This document shows, in pieces, positions 31,288 to 45,780 of a DNA stretch of 64,000 nt (positions are counted from its first letter, which is position 1; every line of letters begins with the position of its first letter). The notes below the pieces were generated by a model. It had not been told where the DNA came from. It saw only the letters and a program-made list of their open reading frames with translations, and ran no database searches. Origin of the DNA: the human T2T-CHM13v2.0 reference genome, Homo sapiens; the NCBI RefSeq assembly GCF_009914755.1, contig NC_060929.1, one strand, 5' to 3'. The translations under genes and the position numbers were made by a program.

Positions 31288-31630
31288 CAGCCATAAGAAG
31301 GAATGAAATAATGGCATTCGCAGCAACCTGGATGGAATTGGAGACCATTATTCTAAGTGAAGTAACTCAGGAATGGAAAACCAAACATTGTATGTTTTCA
31401 CTCATAAGTGGGAGCTAAGCTATGAGGACACGAAGGCATAATAATGACAATGGGCTTCAGAGACTTGGGAGAAAGGGTGGAGGGGGGTGAGGGATAGAAG
31501 ATTACACATTGGGTAGTGCACACAGCTCCAGTGATGGGTGCACCAAAATCTCAGAAATCACCACTAAAGAATTTATTCAGGTAATCAAATGCCACCTGTT
31601 CCCCAAAAATCTATTGAAATTTAAAAAATT
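31288..31630 (+). mobile_element. L1MA (L1MA1-3-like) 3' end
   Basis: cagccataagaaggaatgaaataatggcattcgcagcaacctggatgg...gggtgcaccaaaatctcagaaatcaccactaaagaa...ctattgaaat. Confidence 0.9.
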
Positions 31631-32945
31631 AAGATTTTACACAGAAAATCAGAATCACTGAATATGAAATCCAGAAAGGATCTTAACGGTCAAGTAGCAA
31701 TCCCTCCATTCAATTTAAATGTTCATTAAATATTGAATAAATGATTTTAAAAAATGAAATATATATAACTGTAGACCTAGCCCTAAACTGAGTTCTTAAC
31801 ATCTCCTGGCTTTATTTAATATTATGGTGGCTCTAATTGTGAAAGAAAAAAGGGTCTCGTAAGGCATAATGATTTACCAAACATTATTCAAAGTCCAGAT
31901 CATCACATTTTGCTGGAAGATAATTATCTTCTCAAGAGTTAGACATACCTGCAGCCATCTATCATAATATCACAAAATTCAGAGTTTCAACTAAAGTTGG
32001 CTTTAATTTCTCCTGGCCTTTTATGCAGATTCTGCAAAATTAGTAACTGAAGATGCTGTGTGAAATTAAATTGTGCACTATTAAGGAAAAAAAGCTGCCA
32101 AAAAAATAAAGACCCTCTCAATTGTAATATGTATCCCATTTTCAGAGCTGTTTAAAACATGTATGTGTGTTGGCTGGGGGGTACATTTCTTAAACATGAA
32201 TATATAGTTTTAAATAATTTGGAAAGGACGATCATCCGAAAATGGAGTGAGATAAAGCAATAACAATTTAATTGCAAATCCAGGATTAAATGGAACTCAG
32301 AAGCCTTTTTTTTTTCCCTAGGGAAGTACTTCTTTAGTTGTGATGGCCAAGAAAATGAATTATAAGCATCAGAGGAGAGGAAAAGAGGGTGGTAGGTAAT
32401 AGACTCCTTTCTCTAAAGAGATGAGAAATTCTGGAAGATATCAATCACAGGGAAATGGTGGGTAGTAACAATCAGAGTCTGCTGCAGTGGAGGAGGGGAA
32501 TAACCTTACTCTAGGAGAAGCACATCACGATAATCCAGTGAATTCAGGGAATGTGCCCAGGTCAGCAAGGCATGGTGGACAAACAGATAAGACAGTGGGG
32601 AGGAGCAGCAGGGAGTTTGTATTCTGTTTGCGTTCTTGTGCCTAAAGAGTAGGAGAAACCAAGGGCATGGCTAGGATGGAACCAAGGCCATCTGAGGTCA
32701 AGGCAAAGAGAAACTGAGCATGCTCTACTGTGCACCCTTGCACTGGAATTATGAGAAAAGCCATGGGTAAATCAAGTCAGGGGCACCCTAGGGCAGTGCA
32801 ATGTGCTCCTTAGCTCCACCTAGTGTATAAATTGAATACCTGCCCACTCCTATTCCACCTTCTACCTGACCTGGTCACAGCAGGGAAGGGGACTTCGAGG
32901 CAGGGCGGGTGAGTCAAGTTCTGCAGCCCACTCCAGCTGAGCTAG

Positions 32946-33350
32946 GTACTAGGCCATTCTTGCATTGCCCTAAAGAAATACCTGAGACTGGGTAATTTAT
33001 AAAGAAAAGAGATTTAACTGGCTCTTGGTTCTGCAGGCTGTACAGGAAGCATGGGGTCAGCATCTGCTCGGCTTCTCATGAGGCCTCAGAAAGCTTATGA
33101 TCATGGTGAAAGGTGAAGGGGAAGCAGGCATCTCATATGGTGGGAGCAGTGGCAAGAGGGAGTGTGGGGAGGGGGTGCCACATATTTAAACTACCAGATC
33201 TTGAAGAGAACTTACTATCTTGAGAACAGCACCAAGCTATGAGAGATCCACCCCCATCACCCAAACACCTCCCACCACACCCCACCTCCAACACTGGGGA
33301 TCACATTGCAGCCTGAGATCTGGGCAGCAATAAATATCCAAACTATATCA
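32946..33350 (-). mobile_element. MSTA-like solo LTR
   Basis: aagaaatacctgagactgggtaatttataaagaaaagag...atccaaactatatca; 5-bp TSD gctag. Confidence 0.9.
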
Positions 33351-33744
33351 GCTAGCCATAAGTTAAATACTAACTACCAGATTCAGTCATAGAAAGGAGC
33401 TATAAGAAAAATGAATAACAGATCAAAGTCATACACTGCAATGTCGTGCAGGATGGTAAGAGGGAAGAAAGAAAGAAACGGTGTGGCAGGAGGTACGGAG
33501 AAGAAAGAAGAAATAAACTCATGAAGGTCAGGAAGCCATGGTAATGGGCAGCTGGGTTTTTATGCAAATGGAAATCTTTGTGTCTTTTATCTTTTATGCA
33601 AATGGCATCTTTGTGTCTGCCCAGTGGGAACTTACAATATGAATGTGGGATCCTAATCACAGCTAGGTGGAAGGTCTAGCATGGCCAGTGAGAAACACCT
33701 CCATATCCTCTGCCTCGGTATTTTCATCTTTAAATTAAGGCACT

Positions 33745-33940
33745 GGCTAGATAAGCCCTTCCTAAAACTGCCTCATCATCATCAGAATTACTTGGGGCAT
33801 TTTTTTTACTTCGACTGGTCACAAGCATTTTTAGAAATTGCAGATTCCTGGGTCCCACTCTGGACTGGGTGGGTCAGAGCTCCAAGGAGAGGTACAGGAA
33901 CCTACATGCTAACAGTCAGATTTGCAAACCACTGGACTGC
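33745..33940. mobile_element. MER5-like DNA transposon relic
   Basis: catcagaattacttgggg...gcagattcctgggtcccac...tttgcaaaccactg. Confidence 0.5.
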
Positions 33941-34081
33941 GAAGGTGTCTCAGGGCCTTTCCCATTCAAATATTATCTGATTCTATAAACTCTAGTTCTA
34001 GAGAATGCGGTGTAACAGATCCAAATATTAAACTGAGCTTTGGGGCCTCTTCCTTCACACATAAACACATGCACATACTGG

Positions 34082-34439
34082 TGTCTTAATCCATTCCAGC
34101 TGCTGTAACAAAATACCACAGGCAGGGTGGCTTATAAACAACAGAAATCTATTTCTCATAGTTCTGGTGGCTGGGAAGTCCAACACTAAGGCCTTAGCAG
34201 ATTCAGTGTCTGGTGAGGACCTGCTTTCTGATTCAGAGATGGCAACTTCTCATTGTGTTCTCACGTGGTAGAAGGGGCAAAAGATCTCTCTGGGGTCTCT
34301 TTTAAAGGGCACTAATCCCATTCATGAGGGCTCCATCCTCCGGACCTAATCAGCTCCCAAAGGCTTCCTCTCATCACATTGGTGATGGGGTTTCAACATA
34401 AGAATGCGGGGACAAAAGGAGACACTCAGTCCTTTGCAA
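34082..34439 (-). mobile_element. MLT1A-like LTR
   Basis: gctgctgtaacaaaatacca...gcttataaacaacagaaat...gggcactaatcccattcatgagggctcc. Confidence 0.85.
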
Positions 34440-35444
34440 CTGGGAATAAGGCATAGTGATAGGTGCTGAAAAGGCTTCTGAGAAGAAGAGCTCTTGGGTG
34501 AGTGATGGGGAGAGAAGCAAGACACACAGTAATGAATTCAAGGAACCGTCCTAGGCATGCCCACTACAGAAAAAAAGTTGATGTGTAATCAAAGCCCACC
34601 TTAGCTGGGTATTTTCACATCTCCATCGCATGTAATGTTCCTAAACAACATGATGAATTTAGATACATGGAAATTATATATCCATAAATAGATTAGGTTG
34701 GAGCAATTTGTCCAAATCATGGAGTCAGAATATAAACTTGGGTCTTCTTGACTCAGAGTCCACCGCTCCATTTAAACATCATTTGTAGAGTTCCCTGGCA
34801 TCCTGCTTTAATAAACCAATCTCAATGTACCAGACTGTTCCAGAGAGCAGAGTTGAAAAGTAATTGTCATGTGGACGTCTATCTTTCAAATCCTCATTCA
34901 GTTGTGGTCACCCACTCATCAGTTCATGTCTACAGTCTGTTCAAGAACCCATTCCAATATACCTGACCCTGTCCAGGGTCCCAAAAAGAAATTCAGATAT
35001 TCCACAGTTCTGAGATTGATGGCATTGCCACAGCTGTAGAAGATGATTTTGCTTCTCCAACTCCAACCAAGGATGCAAAGAACTAGACTCTGGCCACATG
35101 CATCCATGTGGCACCCACTCTTACCTTGGGTGTGCTCAATTGTTCTGCCTGGTTCTCCCGCAGCAAGCCTGATCCTTCTCATTCCCCTCTTTGCCGGAAG
35201 CCCTGCCAGAGGTCTGCTTACCCAGCTCCAGCCAATCCCTTTCCAGGTGAATGAATCTTGATCACACCCTAATAACCCACTGTTCAAGATCACAGACACA
35301 TACAGTGGACTGTTCCTTGCCAAGTTCCTGGGCTCCACAGTAAGATTTCATGTGTCCAGACCCCCCTCCCCACTGCTCCCAGTCTGAGGCCAGAGCGATC
35401 ACTTCCAGAGCTGGGACTGAGGCTTTTACATCTCTTGGGCCAAC

Positions 35445-35827
35445 TGTATTACTTTGCAAGAACAAAACACTACAGACAGGGTGGCTTAAACTACAGAAGT
35501 TTATTTTCTCACAATTTGTGTGAAGGCTGGAAGTCTAAGATCAAGCTGTCTGCAGGTTTGGTTTTTCCTGAGGCCTCTCTTCTTGGCTTGCAGATGGCTG
35601 CCTTCTCACTGCATTCTCATAGGGTCTTTCCTCTTTGCATACATATCCCTGGTGTCTGCCTCTCATAAGGACACCAGTCATATTGAATCAGGGCCCACCC
35701 ATGTGACCTCATGTAACCTTGACTACCTTTAAAGGTCCTATCCCCAAATATAATCACCTTTTCAGGTGTGCTGAGGGTCAGGACTTCAGCATTTGAATTT
35801 GGGGGCAGCACGATTCAGCCCATAACA
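35445..35827 (-). mobile_element. MLT1B/C-like LTR
   Basis: ggtggcttaaactacagaagtttattttctcac...aaggacaccagtcatattg...attcagcccataaca. Confidence 0.85.
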
Positions 35828-36699
35828 CCAAGTGTGTGGACCACTCACCTGCCGGCCCCAAGGTCACTCCTGTGTCAAAGTTAACAAGCCGTGTGCTGTG
35901 CCCTGTCAGCCCCACCATGCTGAGGACATATCCACATCCTCCCAAACTCCCTGCCAGAAAGGCAAACATTCACTCATGCTGCTACACTCAGTAAACAAAG
36001 TGAGATCAAGGCTGAAATATCTGAACGAGCTGTAAGAAACTATGCAGATTAGAGCCAACAGGTTATTTAAGATCAGAGAGGCCACAGTATCCTGGTATAT
36101 ACCGTGTCCTGGCCTACTTAGGTTAGGACAATAAATTATATGCTCACCCTACTTACTAAGCTCTAAATGAACACAGGACACAGAGAAGCAACCGTCTAAT
36201 TTGTTTCAAAATCCTCAAATACAAAATCTACTGAGCAGTGAATTAGTAATTTTGTCATCCTCTGGGGGCCACTTATCTGAAGGTCAGGATCAAGTGCCCT
36301 TTATCAATAGAGTGAAGCTGCTCTGCCCAGCAAAGCTGACCCGGGTCACTCCGTGCATGCACACAGTACCGCTGGGCTGTGCCAGCAGCCTCCTTACACA
36401 GACATTCCTTTAGTATCTAGAGCCCCACATCCAGTAGTTGTGCCTAGAAAACACCACCCCCTTTGCTTATTCAACAACAAAATGTTCAAGAAACCATAGA
36501 AAATCCAGACCTGGATGCGGACTGTTGTCCCAGTTTATTTGGATACATTCAAGGGGCAAAACAGTGTTGACACTCTTGGGGATTATAATCCCACTGGGTG
36601 CGGCAACCCTGACCACACAGGGAGAAAGATGTTTTCAAAACTTGAGTGTTTTTTTTTTTTTCAAAAAGGAGTTTGTAGTGTATCCAATGCATGTCTTTC

Positions 36700-37106
<407 letters not shown>

Positions 37107-38113
37107 TGAGACAGTAAAAAGCAGTGACAAATATTTGGGCACCAATACTAAGTATCAGGAAAGTCCACTCTGGCCCTGAAGCCAATGGCCACCTTCCAGT
37201 TGAACTTTGATGAGCAGGGCCACCTCAAGGCCAGAGACTGTATTGTGTCATCCCAGGTAGGAAAACACTCCGATTCTCTCCTATGGGTCAAAGTAAAAGA
37301 AGAAACAAACAACTAAGAGTGGAAGAGGATGTCCATGCTCATGTCCAAGTGCACAAGCATGAGAGAGAACTGGCAGCTGCCTCATGGACGCCATTCCTCT
37401 AAGTTCCCTAGATCCTATTTCCAGAACATTCTAAACTGAGAATGAACCTCAGATGAGAATGAATGTTTTTTGACAGCTTTCAATTCTTCAGGTTCCCCCA
37501 ACCCCAGCTGCTGATCCTGGGACCTCCAGGATCCCTCAGGAGTATTTGAGGGTCAGGGCAAGACAAGCCCCTCACACTCACAGGTCATGGTGCCCACACC
37601 GATGGAGACCACACACCTTGACACACGACAGCAGCGCCTGCGGTAACAAAAAAGCCCAGAGGCTACGCACCTGTACGGCCAGGTTTCCTGGAATTCACAG
37701 AACCTGCACCTCGAAGGACAAGCTGCAGGTCAGGCTTCCTTCAAGGTTCTTTTATGTGAAGTAATATTTTAATGTCCTGTTTTACACTTTGATTTTTAAA
37801 AGAATCTTCAGCAAATAGCACAAACAAGTAGTAATATAAAACTTAATGAAATATCTTAGAAATGAAAAAATTATGATTCTGAAAAAGAACCCCTAGCCTA
37901 AGTGAAACTCGGGGCGTGTGTGCTGCAGAATCCACATGGGCCACGGACTCGAGGCGGGCTGTCTCCCAGGGCCTCGTTGTTATTTTGTGAAGTGATGGCA
38001 TTACCCAATTTTTACAAATAAGAAAACTAAAGCTAAGAAAGAGTAAGTCATTGGACTGGGTTCACCCAGCTAGAAGCTCACCTCTTCCCAGAAACCCCTA
38101 CTCCCCGGTGGGT

Positions 38114-38305
38114 ACACACACACAAACACACACAAAAAAACACACAGACATGCAAACACACACATGCAAACACACATGCACACACAAAAAACACACACAT
38201 GCAAACATACACACACACGCACACACACATGCACAAACACAAAAAAACACACACATGCAAATATACCCACACACGCACATGCAAACACACATGCACACAC
38301 ACACA
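38114..38305. repeat. Degenerate CA-rich tandem repeat (cacacatgcaaa units)
   Basis: About 190 nt of ca/catgcaaa units; source of the HT/VC ORFs. Confidence 0.9.
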
Positions 38306-39550
38306 TATTTGCTTGCCTCCATAGCACTTATTTCTATTACACCTCAGTCCAAAAACCAATTGAGAGAACTTAAATATCTATCATAGCACAGAATAAATAT
38401 AAAAAACTAAGGAATTGGGGCAAAGGGAAAATAAACCGAGGAAAAGGAGATGACTTAGGCTGAAGTTTAGCCCAAAAGAATTCAAGCCATAGTTGAGATG
38501 CAGGAAGACAGCCACAAATCTGGTTCTGAGATGACCTCTTTAGGGTTAAGAACTTGATACTTCATCATTAGTGAAACCCTTTTGTAACTCAATAGGAGAA
38601 GAATACAAACTAACACAGTGAAACGTTCCATATCTTCTTAATATGGAAAGAATCAATCACTAAAACATAACAAGCCTATAAAATAAGCAAATGCCACAGG
38701 TAACCACCCCATGCTGACTCTGAGAGCCCGAGAGCCAGAATGAGGACTTGAACAGCAGTACCACCCTGATTTGTTAAAAGTGAGTCGCTGGGGATGTTTG
38801 TTTTTAATGCTTTTCCCTGTTTGTCAAAAAGGAGCTATAACAGGAGGAACAAAAGAAAAGGTGATGAGAAGTGTTACCACCCCCTCCCACGCCATTTACC
38901 AATTCACATGGCTTTGCTAGAAAGTGCTCCCTTTACCCAGCAGGTCCGCAGATCTCTGCTCCCTTTGTGTGCACACATGAGCAGTACACAGGGGTGCAAA
39001 CAACCCTAACAACTTTCTCTAATTAAACAAGGGGGACGAAGCCCTCCCTTAGCACAGGCCCTAACCAAGTCCAACGGAAAACATCTGTCTCTCCTGATAA
39101 TTCCACCTGTGACTTCCAGCGCCATATTTACTCTCCAAACAAGAAAGACAAAGCCCATGAAAAACAATGCAGGGAACAAGAATAAAAGAATAGATAATAA
39201 GGGAAGGTGGCAGCTCCTCAGCAAGCTCTCCAAAGGAGTGCCACAGCGTCTGTGTTTGTAACATTTGACATGAAACAGCAACAAGAAAAGAAAATGCCTC
39301 ACTTCAACCACATGACACCAGTTCATAATCAGCACTGTGAATCTGGACTAGAATAGAGTCTACAACACAATCCTAAGCTTATATTTCAATCAGATGAGAA
39401 GTGAATACAGAGGTAAAATAATAACAAAGAAATGCCCTCGGTCGAGCCAGTCTTTTAAAAATAATCCCAATCAATTCAACTACATCAGAACTTCAAGTCC
39501 ACTGTACCAAAAAAGAATGAACTATTTTGATAAATAAAAATGTGGCTTCT

Positions 39551-40388
39551 TCCCATCAAAAAGTGGGCAAAAGATAAGAACAGACACTTTTCAAAAGAAG
39601 GCATACATGCAGTCAAGAAGCGTATGAAAAAAAGCTCAGTATTACTGATCATGAGAGAAAGGCAAATCAAAACCACCATGAGATATCATCTTACACCAGT
39701 CAAAATGGCTATTACAAAAAAGTCAAAAATAACAGATGCTGGCACGATCGCAGAGAAAAGGGAACACTTGCATGCTGTTGGTGGGAGTGTAAATTAGTTC
39801 AACCACTGTGGAAAGCAGTATGGCAGTTCCTCAAAGAGCTAAATACAGTACTACCATTAACCCAGCAATCTCATTACTGAATACATACCAAAAGGAATAT
39901 AAATCATTCTATCATAAAGGTGCATGCACGAGTGAGTCCACTGCAGCAGCACTCACAATAGCAAAGACACAGAATCAACCTAAATGCTCATCGATAGACT
40001 GGATAAAGAAAATGTGGTACATATACGCCCTAGGATACTATGCAGCCATAAAAAAAAAAATCATGTCCGGTATGGGAACATGGATGGAGCTAGAGGCCAT
40101 TATCCTTGGCAAACTAACGCAGGAACAGAAAACCAAATAACACATGTTCTCACTTATAAGTGGGAGCTAAACAATGAAAACACATGGACACAAAGAGGGG
40201 AACAACAGACACTGGGCCTATTGGAGGGTGGAGGGTGGGAGGAAAGAGAAGAGCAGAAAAAATAACTATTGGGTACTAGGCTCAGTACCTGGGTGATGAA
40301 ATAATCTGTACAACAAAGCCCAAACTTTGATATGAGTTCACCTATATAACACACTTGAACTTAAAAGTTTTTCAAAAAAAAAGAAAAG
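39551..40388 (+). mobile_element. L1PA/L1PB 3' fragment (ORF2 end plus 3' UTR)
   Basis: [16 protein letters not shown]...[12 protein letters not shown]; A tail; TSD aaaatgtgg(c/a)ttctt. Confidence 0.92.
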
Positions 40389-41752
40389 GAAAATGTGGAT
40401 TCTTTGACAAAAGGCGTTTGCTTCCTAAAGCTCGGCAAAGGCACAACAGTGAACCCCTGACTCACCATCCCATGCCCAGTGGTCACACTCAGCAAGGAAA
40501 ACTCCACCCAGTCTCCTTAGCAGCCTGCTGTTAAATTAGGTCACCCCACTGCTCCCCCGGAGTGATGTGTTTTCCTTTCAGAGCACGCCTTCTGACTCCC
40601 ACTTGTATGCTGGTTTGCTTGGCCATTTGTTTCCCATCTGTCTGTCCTTCCCTACCCCATACTACAAGCTCTGTGAGAGAAGGGACCATCTCTCCTGTTC
40701 ACCACTGTCACCCAAGCACTAGGTCTCTGCATGCCAATCACAGGCACTCAATAAATACTTTTTTGTTTGCTGTTGCTCATTCAGTATTTGTTGTACAAAT
40801 GATTCAATTAATGTAATTAATTAACCATGCATGTAATCAATGTAATCATTAATCATAAATTCCTTAAAGCACATTATCATAATAATGACAGCTTGCCAAA
40901 TTGGGGGAAAAAAAAAACTATGGGGAACATTAAAATGTCTATACCATTTTTATTAAAGACCCTTTGGGAAGCATCAGATAACATGAATGGCCCTTGGATA
41001 TCTGCTTAGACAAATCTTATTTCTTCTCTTTCAGAAGACCTGGCCTCTGATAACCAAGAGAAGTAAATCTAGCTCTCCTAATTTGCCCCATACTAAAGTC
41101 ATGTTGCAATGGTGTGGCTGAGGTCAAAGAGAATGGTGCTCTGCTGACTCATGTGTCCCTATCACCAGAGGAGCTGCAGCAGATGCACCTCCGTCAAATC
41201 TAAGCAGCCATGTTTACTGTGAAAGCCACACCAAATCCGAATACAACGAATGTCTGGCCTTCTTTCTAGACACCTGGTAGTTCCAACAAAAAGCCAAAGA
41301 TCATCACTGACATTCTGGGGATGGTAGCCCATGATTGGTTCTTTGGCCAACACCCACTGTTTTTCAATGTCACAGGCCCACAGCAAAATGTATTAGATCA
41401 CAGTCTCACAATCTTAAGATACAACTTGTCTGTACCAGGCAAAACCTACACACAGCAGAGATTTGATGGGCACCATCGGAAACAAAAGCTGGCATGTACA
41501 CAGAATTAAACTTCTCAGTCATACAGTGCATCGATGTACAAGGGTGCTGAACCTTTTGGCTGTATTCAGTGATACGATTAAGAATCAAAATTTCTCCTGA
41601 TGCCCAACTTTCATTTTGATAAATGAAAGCTACAAGTTCTAAGTGTATTAGAATAGATTTTTAAATGTGACTGAATGAAAATGAGCCAAACGTGAAATGT
41701 CATTGTTAAATATCTTTAAATATGTAGACAACTTTTATAAGAAAAAAAGTTA

Positions 41753-42127
<375 letters not shown>

Positions 42128-44509
42128 TCACTAAAGGTTTCTGATGTGACAGATGACATAATGATGCAAGGTGTTGTTTTCAATTTATCCAGAAGGTATT
42201 TGGAAGTTAAATTCAGAAGGTATGCCAGGAAGACATACATTCATTTCTAAAACAATGAAGAAAGAGATGAAGTAAGGTTTCCAGACTGCAGTGAATATCC
42301 CAAGATATACCCATCCAGGTTACAGAAACTCAGTTGCAAGAGAGTTTCATATAATATCCTTCCTTCAGCTTATGAGCCATTTTCTCCATGTGCAAAGATG
42401 GTATTTGGATCTATGCAACTCATAAGTAACTGAGCCCCAGACCAGAAACCATGAAGCCATTTCCTGACTCATGGTGAGAGTCCCGTCAGGATGGCGGTCA
42501 TGCGCAGTCTTGTACACGAGGCCCCCTAAACCTTGCTGTTCTAATAGACCCCTTTAATAGTCCTTGTTTTTATATTTTGTTTTTATTTCACCAGAAAGAT
42601 CTTTTTTTTAAGCACCGAGTGCATGTATGTTTTGTTTGTAGGCACCCTGTATTATGTTTAATAGCTACAGAAGAGCTTAATTAAAAGAGGTCAACAGCTC
42701 TTTCAGAGAGAATTTATTAACCAAAAAAGTCACTGAGTTGTGTTATGATTACTAATATAACTACCATATTAAAGTGACCATGTCCATTTTAACAGGTCTT
42801 GGTGTTGTTTTAGCAGACACAAGTAATAACTTGTTAGTTACGAGCATACAACAAAATGTTTCCTTGGAATAGTAAATGCATTTTCAACTGCCAAAAATTC
42901 TTCCTATGAAAAGTTTTCTGGAAGGAGTTACTCTCGTCATTAAGAAGGCTACACTACCATTAGCTGAATGTTAAACACCTGTTTCAAGTAGATGTGATCA
43001 AATACAAGCTATTACTACTAAGAGCAAGAGGAAGCCCTTGACTGCCTCCTTATATCAAAGTGACTTTTAGCAAACCCGGGCTCATTTGTCAGGGGGGCAA
43101 GAAAGGATGGTGAAGTCTGAGACAACGGCCTGAATCTCACAGCTAAGAGCTTTTTAGGGTCCTGGAAGATTACGAGGAGATCTGTCAATACTCCAGACCC
43201 TCAAAAGACCCCAAAGACATGGTTGGGCCAATACAGTAAAGTTCCCACACTGACCTGCAAAATATAATTAGTGATTCTCACACTAGGGAACATTATTATT
43301 TTGCCTTCCTAAGTTTCATCATGTTCACTGTCTCAACACTTAGTGCATGTAGTTTAAAAAAGAGGTCAGGAGACTCTGATATGGGTCATAATGTCACCAG
43401 CTGAGGGACCTTGGGACTTAGTTTCTTCATCTGTAACACGAGGTGGTTAAACTGGAGCAAAGATTTCCTCTCCTTTCATTTCATCATATGGATGCCTTCT
43501 TTTGAAAGGTTTTAACTGCCAATGAAACAAATAATATGGTTTACTAGGTCAGAGCTGGTGCAACTTGATCATAGAAATAATTATCTTCCATGATGCGTTT
43601 GAAATACTGAAAACAGACTAGTGCCTTCAAAGAACTGGGCAGCTCTGGGATATGATTTCAATATGATTCTTTTGCTGAAATCTGCCACTCCAGAGGCACA
43701 TTTCTTTCCCTGCTACGCAGACTGGCAAAACACATGCAAAAGCTGCCAGAGTGGCTTTTTGGAAGCTGACAAGGGGAAACTGGCACCCATGTAGCATTAA
43801 GCATTACGCTCGAAGCCAAACCTAAAATGTAAGCAGTAGTGACGCTCTCAACTCAATGCATCCTGGTCAATCACAGACTAGAATATTTGTTTTGAAAGTT
43901 GTCCTGCTGAGACCAAAGTATGAATTCTCTTTTCATTCAGTTAAGCACAGCCTATTCTAGGATCCGGCAGTTCCCACAAAGCCAGGCCAATTACCTGGCC
44001 TGACACGCACCCTCCAGGGCAAAACTCAGCAAAGCCCACAACATCCAGCCAGGCAACCTCACTGCAACTCCAGGGAATGCCACTCACGCTGTTTTCTGTG
44101 TGAGTGCCTGGAGACACGTGACAAAGAAGCCCTGTGTCACACCTAAAGAATGGTCCAACTAGAGAATGGACCACAAAAATCTTATGCAGCTTCTATACGC
44201 AAGCAGATGTTGGGCCTTGGAAGTACAAAAGGCAAAAAGAAATGCTTTAAGCTTGCCCTGAAGATCTAAAGCATGAGAAACAATAGGACAGGAGTCTGGC
44301 TGATTCTCTGCTTACCTATGTACTAGAAGTCATCAGTCAATAGTTAGACTACTGACATTTGTCAGACAACAGAAAAATGCATCTACACCAAAGGACGTGG
44401 AAAGAATCCTGAAGAAGTAGGCTGGCAAATGCATATAATGGGCAAAATAACCCAGCAAGTAGAGGATAAACTACAATTAGGCCACCCAGGTGTAAAACAG
44501 TTGCAACCA

Positions 44510-44690
44510 CACAAGTGTGGCTGTGTGCCCCTGGCAAGTCACCTGACTTCTCTGTGCCTCAGTGTCATTGTGAATATTAGTAACGACACCTACCTCCTCC
44601 AACAGTTGTTATGTATATGGAGTAAGAGACACTACAGGTGAACGGCCTAAAATATCTGACACGGGATAAGTGCTCCACACCCATTAGTTC
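44510..44690 (+). mobile_element. MIR
   Basis: ggctgtgtgcccctggcaagtcacctgacttctctgtgcctcagt. Confidence 0.65.
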
Positions 44691-45289
44691 TGAATTGTAA
44701 CATTATCCTTATTCACTGATTTGTCACTGTACCTTCATCATTAAATCCAAAAGCATCATAAATCTTAACCCCTAACCTTGGTGCCACAAAAAGCACATTG
44801 CCTTTCTCTGCTGGACTCTGAGTACCCTTGGGGAGTCCAGGAGTCTCTCTCAGGATGGCATTCTGCACTGGGCAAGGCCCCACACTCAGCCTGAAGTCAG
44901 CCACACCTCCAGAACCCTCCCAGGGAGAAGGGCACTTCCAACCTGCACTGCCCTTGGTCCTCCCCCACCCACAAGAGTGACCCCACCAGTGGCTTCCTAT
45001 AGAAAACAGACTTCCCCTTGCTGCCCCACTCTCAGCCTCCAACATGTCTCCCACATGCCCCTCCTCACTGCCCCTCAAGTGCTTTCTACAAAGAACCAAT
45101 CACATCAGTGCCAGGGGTTGTTTGTAATGGCCCGTCAGTTCTCCAGGCCTGAAAGAGGTCCCAGTCCTGGAACTAGTACCTAAGCCCCTGAAGATCTGGA
45201 CCTGCTTCCTTTCCAGCCTCACCTCCTGTGACCGCTGGCACGACTTCCTTGCCCCAGGGGTAAGGAACTACACTGGAGGGAACTGGGCA

Positions 45290-45780
45290 GCCCCTGCTTC
45301 TGACTGCACTCAGGATGAAACCCAAACCCCTCCACTCCAGTTCCAGGCTCTTCACCGTGCCCTACCTCCTGCCCTGCCTCACCCCCTCCCCTTCCATCTC
45401 CCCACCTCCCGACCACACGGAACTCTGTGCACATTTTTGGCAGTCCACACTCCTCCCTCTGGACTTTCACACATGCTGCTCCCTTGGGCTTGGAACAAAT
45501 CCTTCCCCTGCACACCCCAGCAACCTGGCCAACGCCTACTGACTCTCTACGTCCAGCTAAAATGTCACTTCTTCTAGGTCTTTCCAGACTACAACCACCA
45601 TGGCTGCCCTTCCTACATACCGCTAGCATGGCACTTAAAAGAATGTGCTGGAAAGGATATCTGACCTGAGTTTCTTCCCCACATTGTGAGTTCCATGAGG
45701 GAAGAAGACACCGTGTCCCCAGTGTCTAGCACAGTGATTCTACCTACCATGTTCTCAGTGAGTATTTGCTAATGAAACAA
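45290..45780. mobile_element. L2 3' remnant
   Basis: ctcaggatgaaacccaaacccc...tgtgagttccatgagggaag...ccagtgtctagcacagtg. Confidence 0.55.

Noticed and set aside
35125-35202. Possible 78-nt exon with strong donor AAG|gtaaga
   Set aside because: Acceptor lacks a polypyrimidine tract and the RETREG1 frame hits TGA
38051-38386. His/Thr- and Cys/Val-rich ORFs
   Set aside because: Artefacts of the CA-rich repeat
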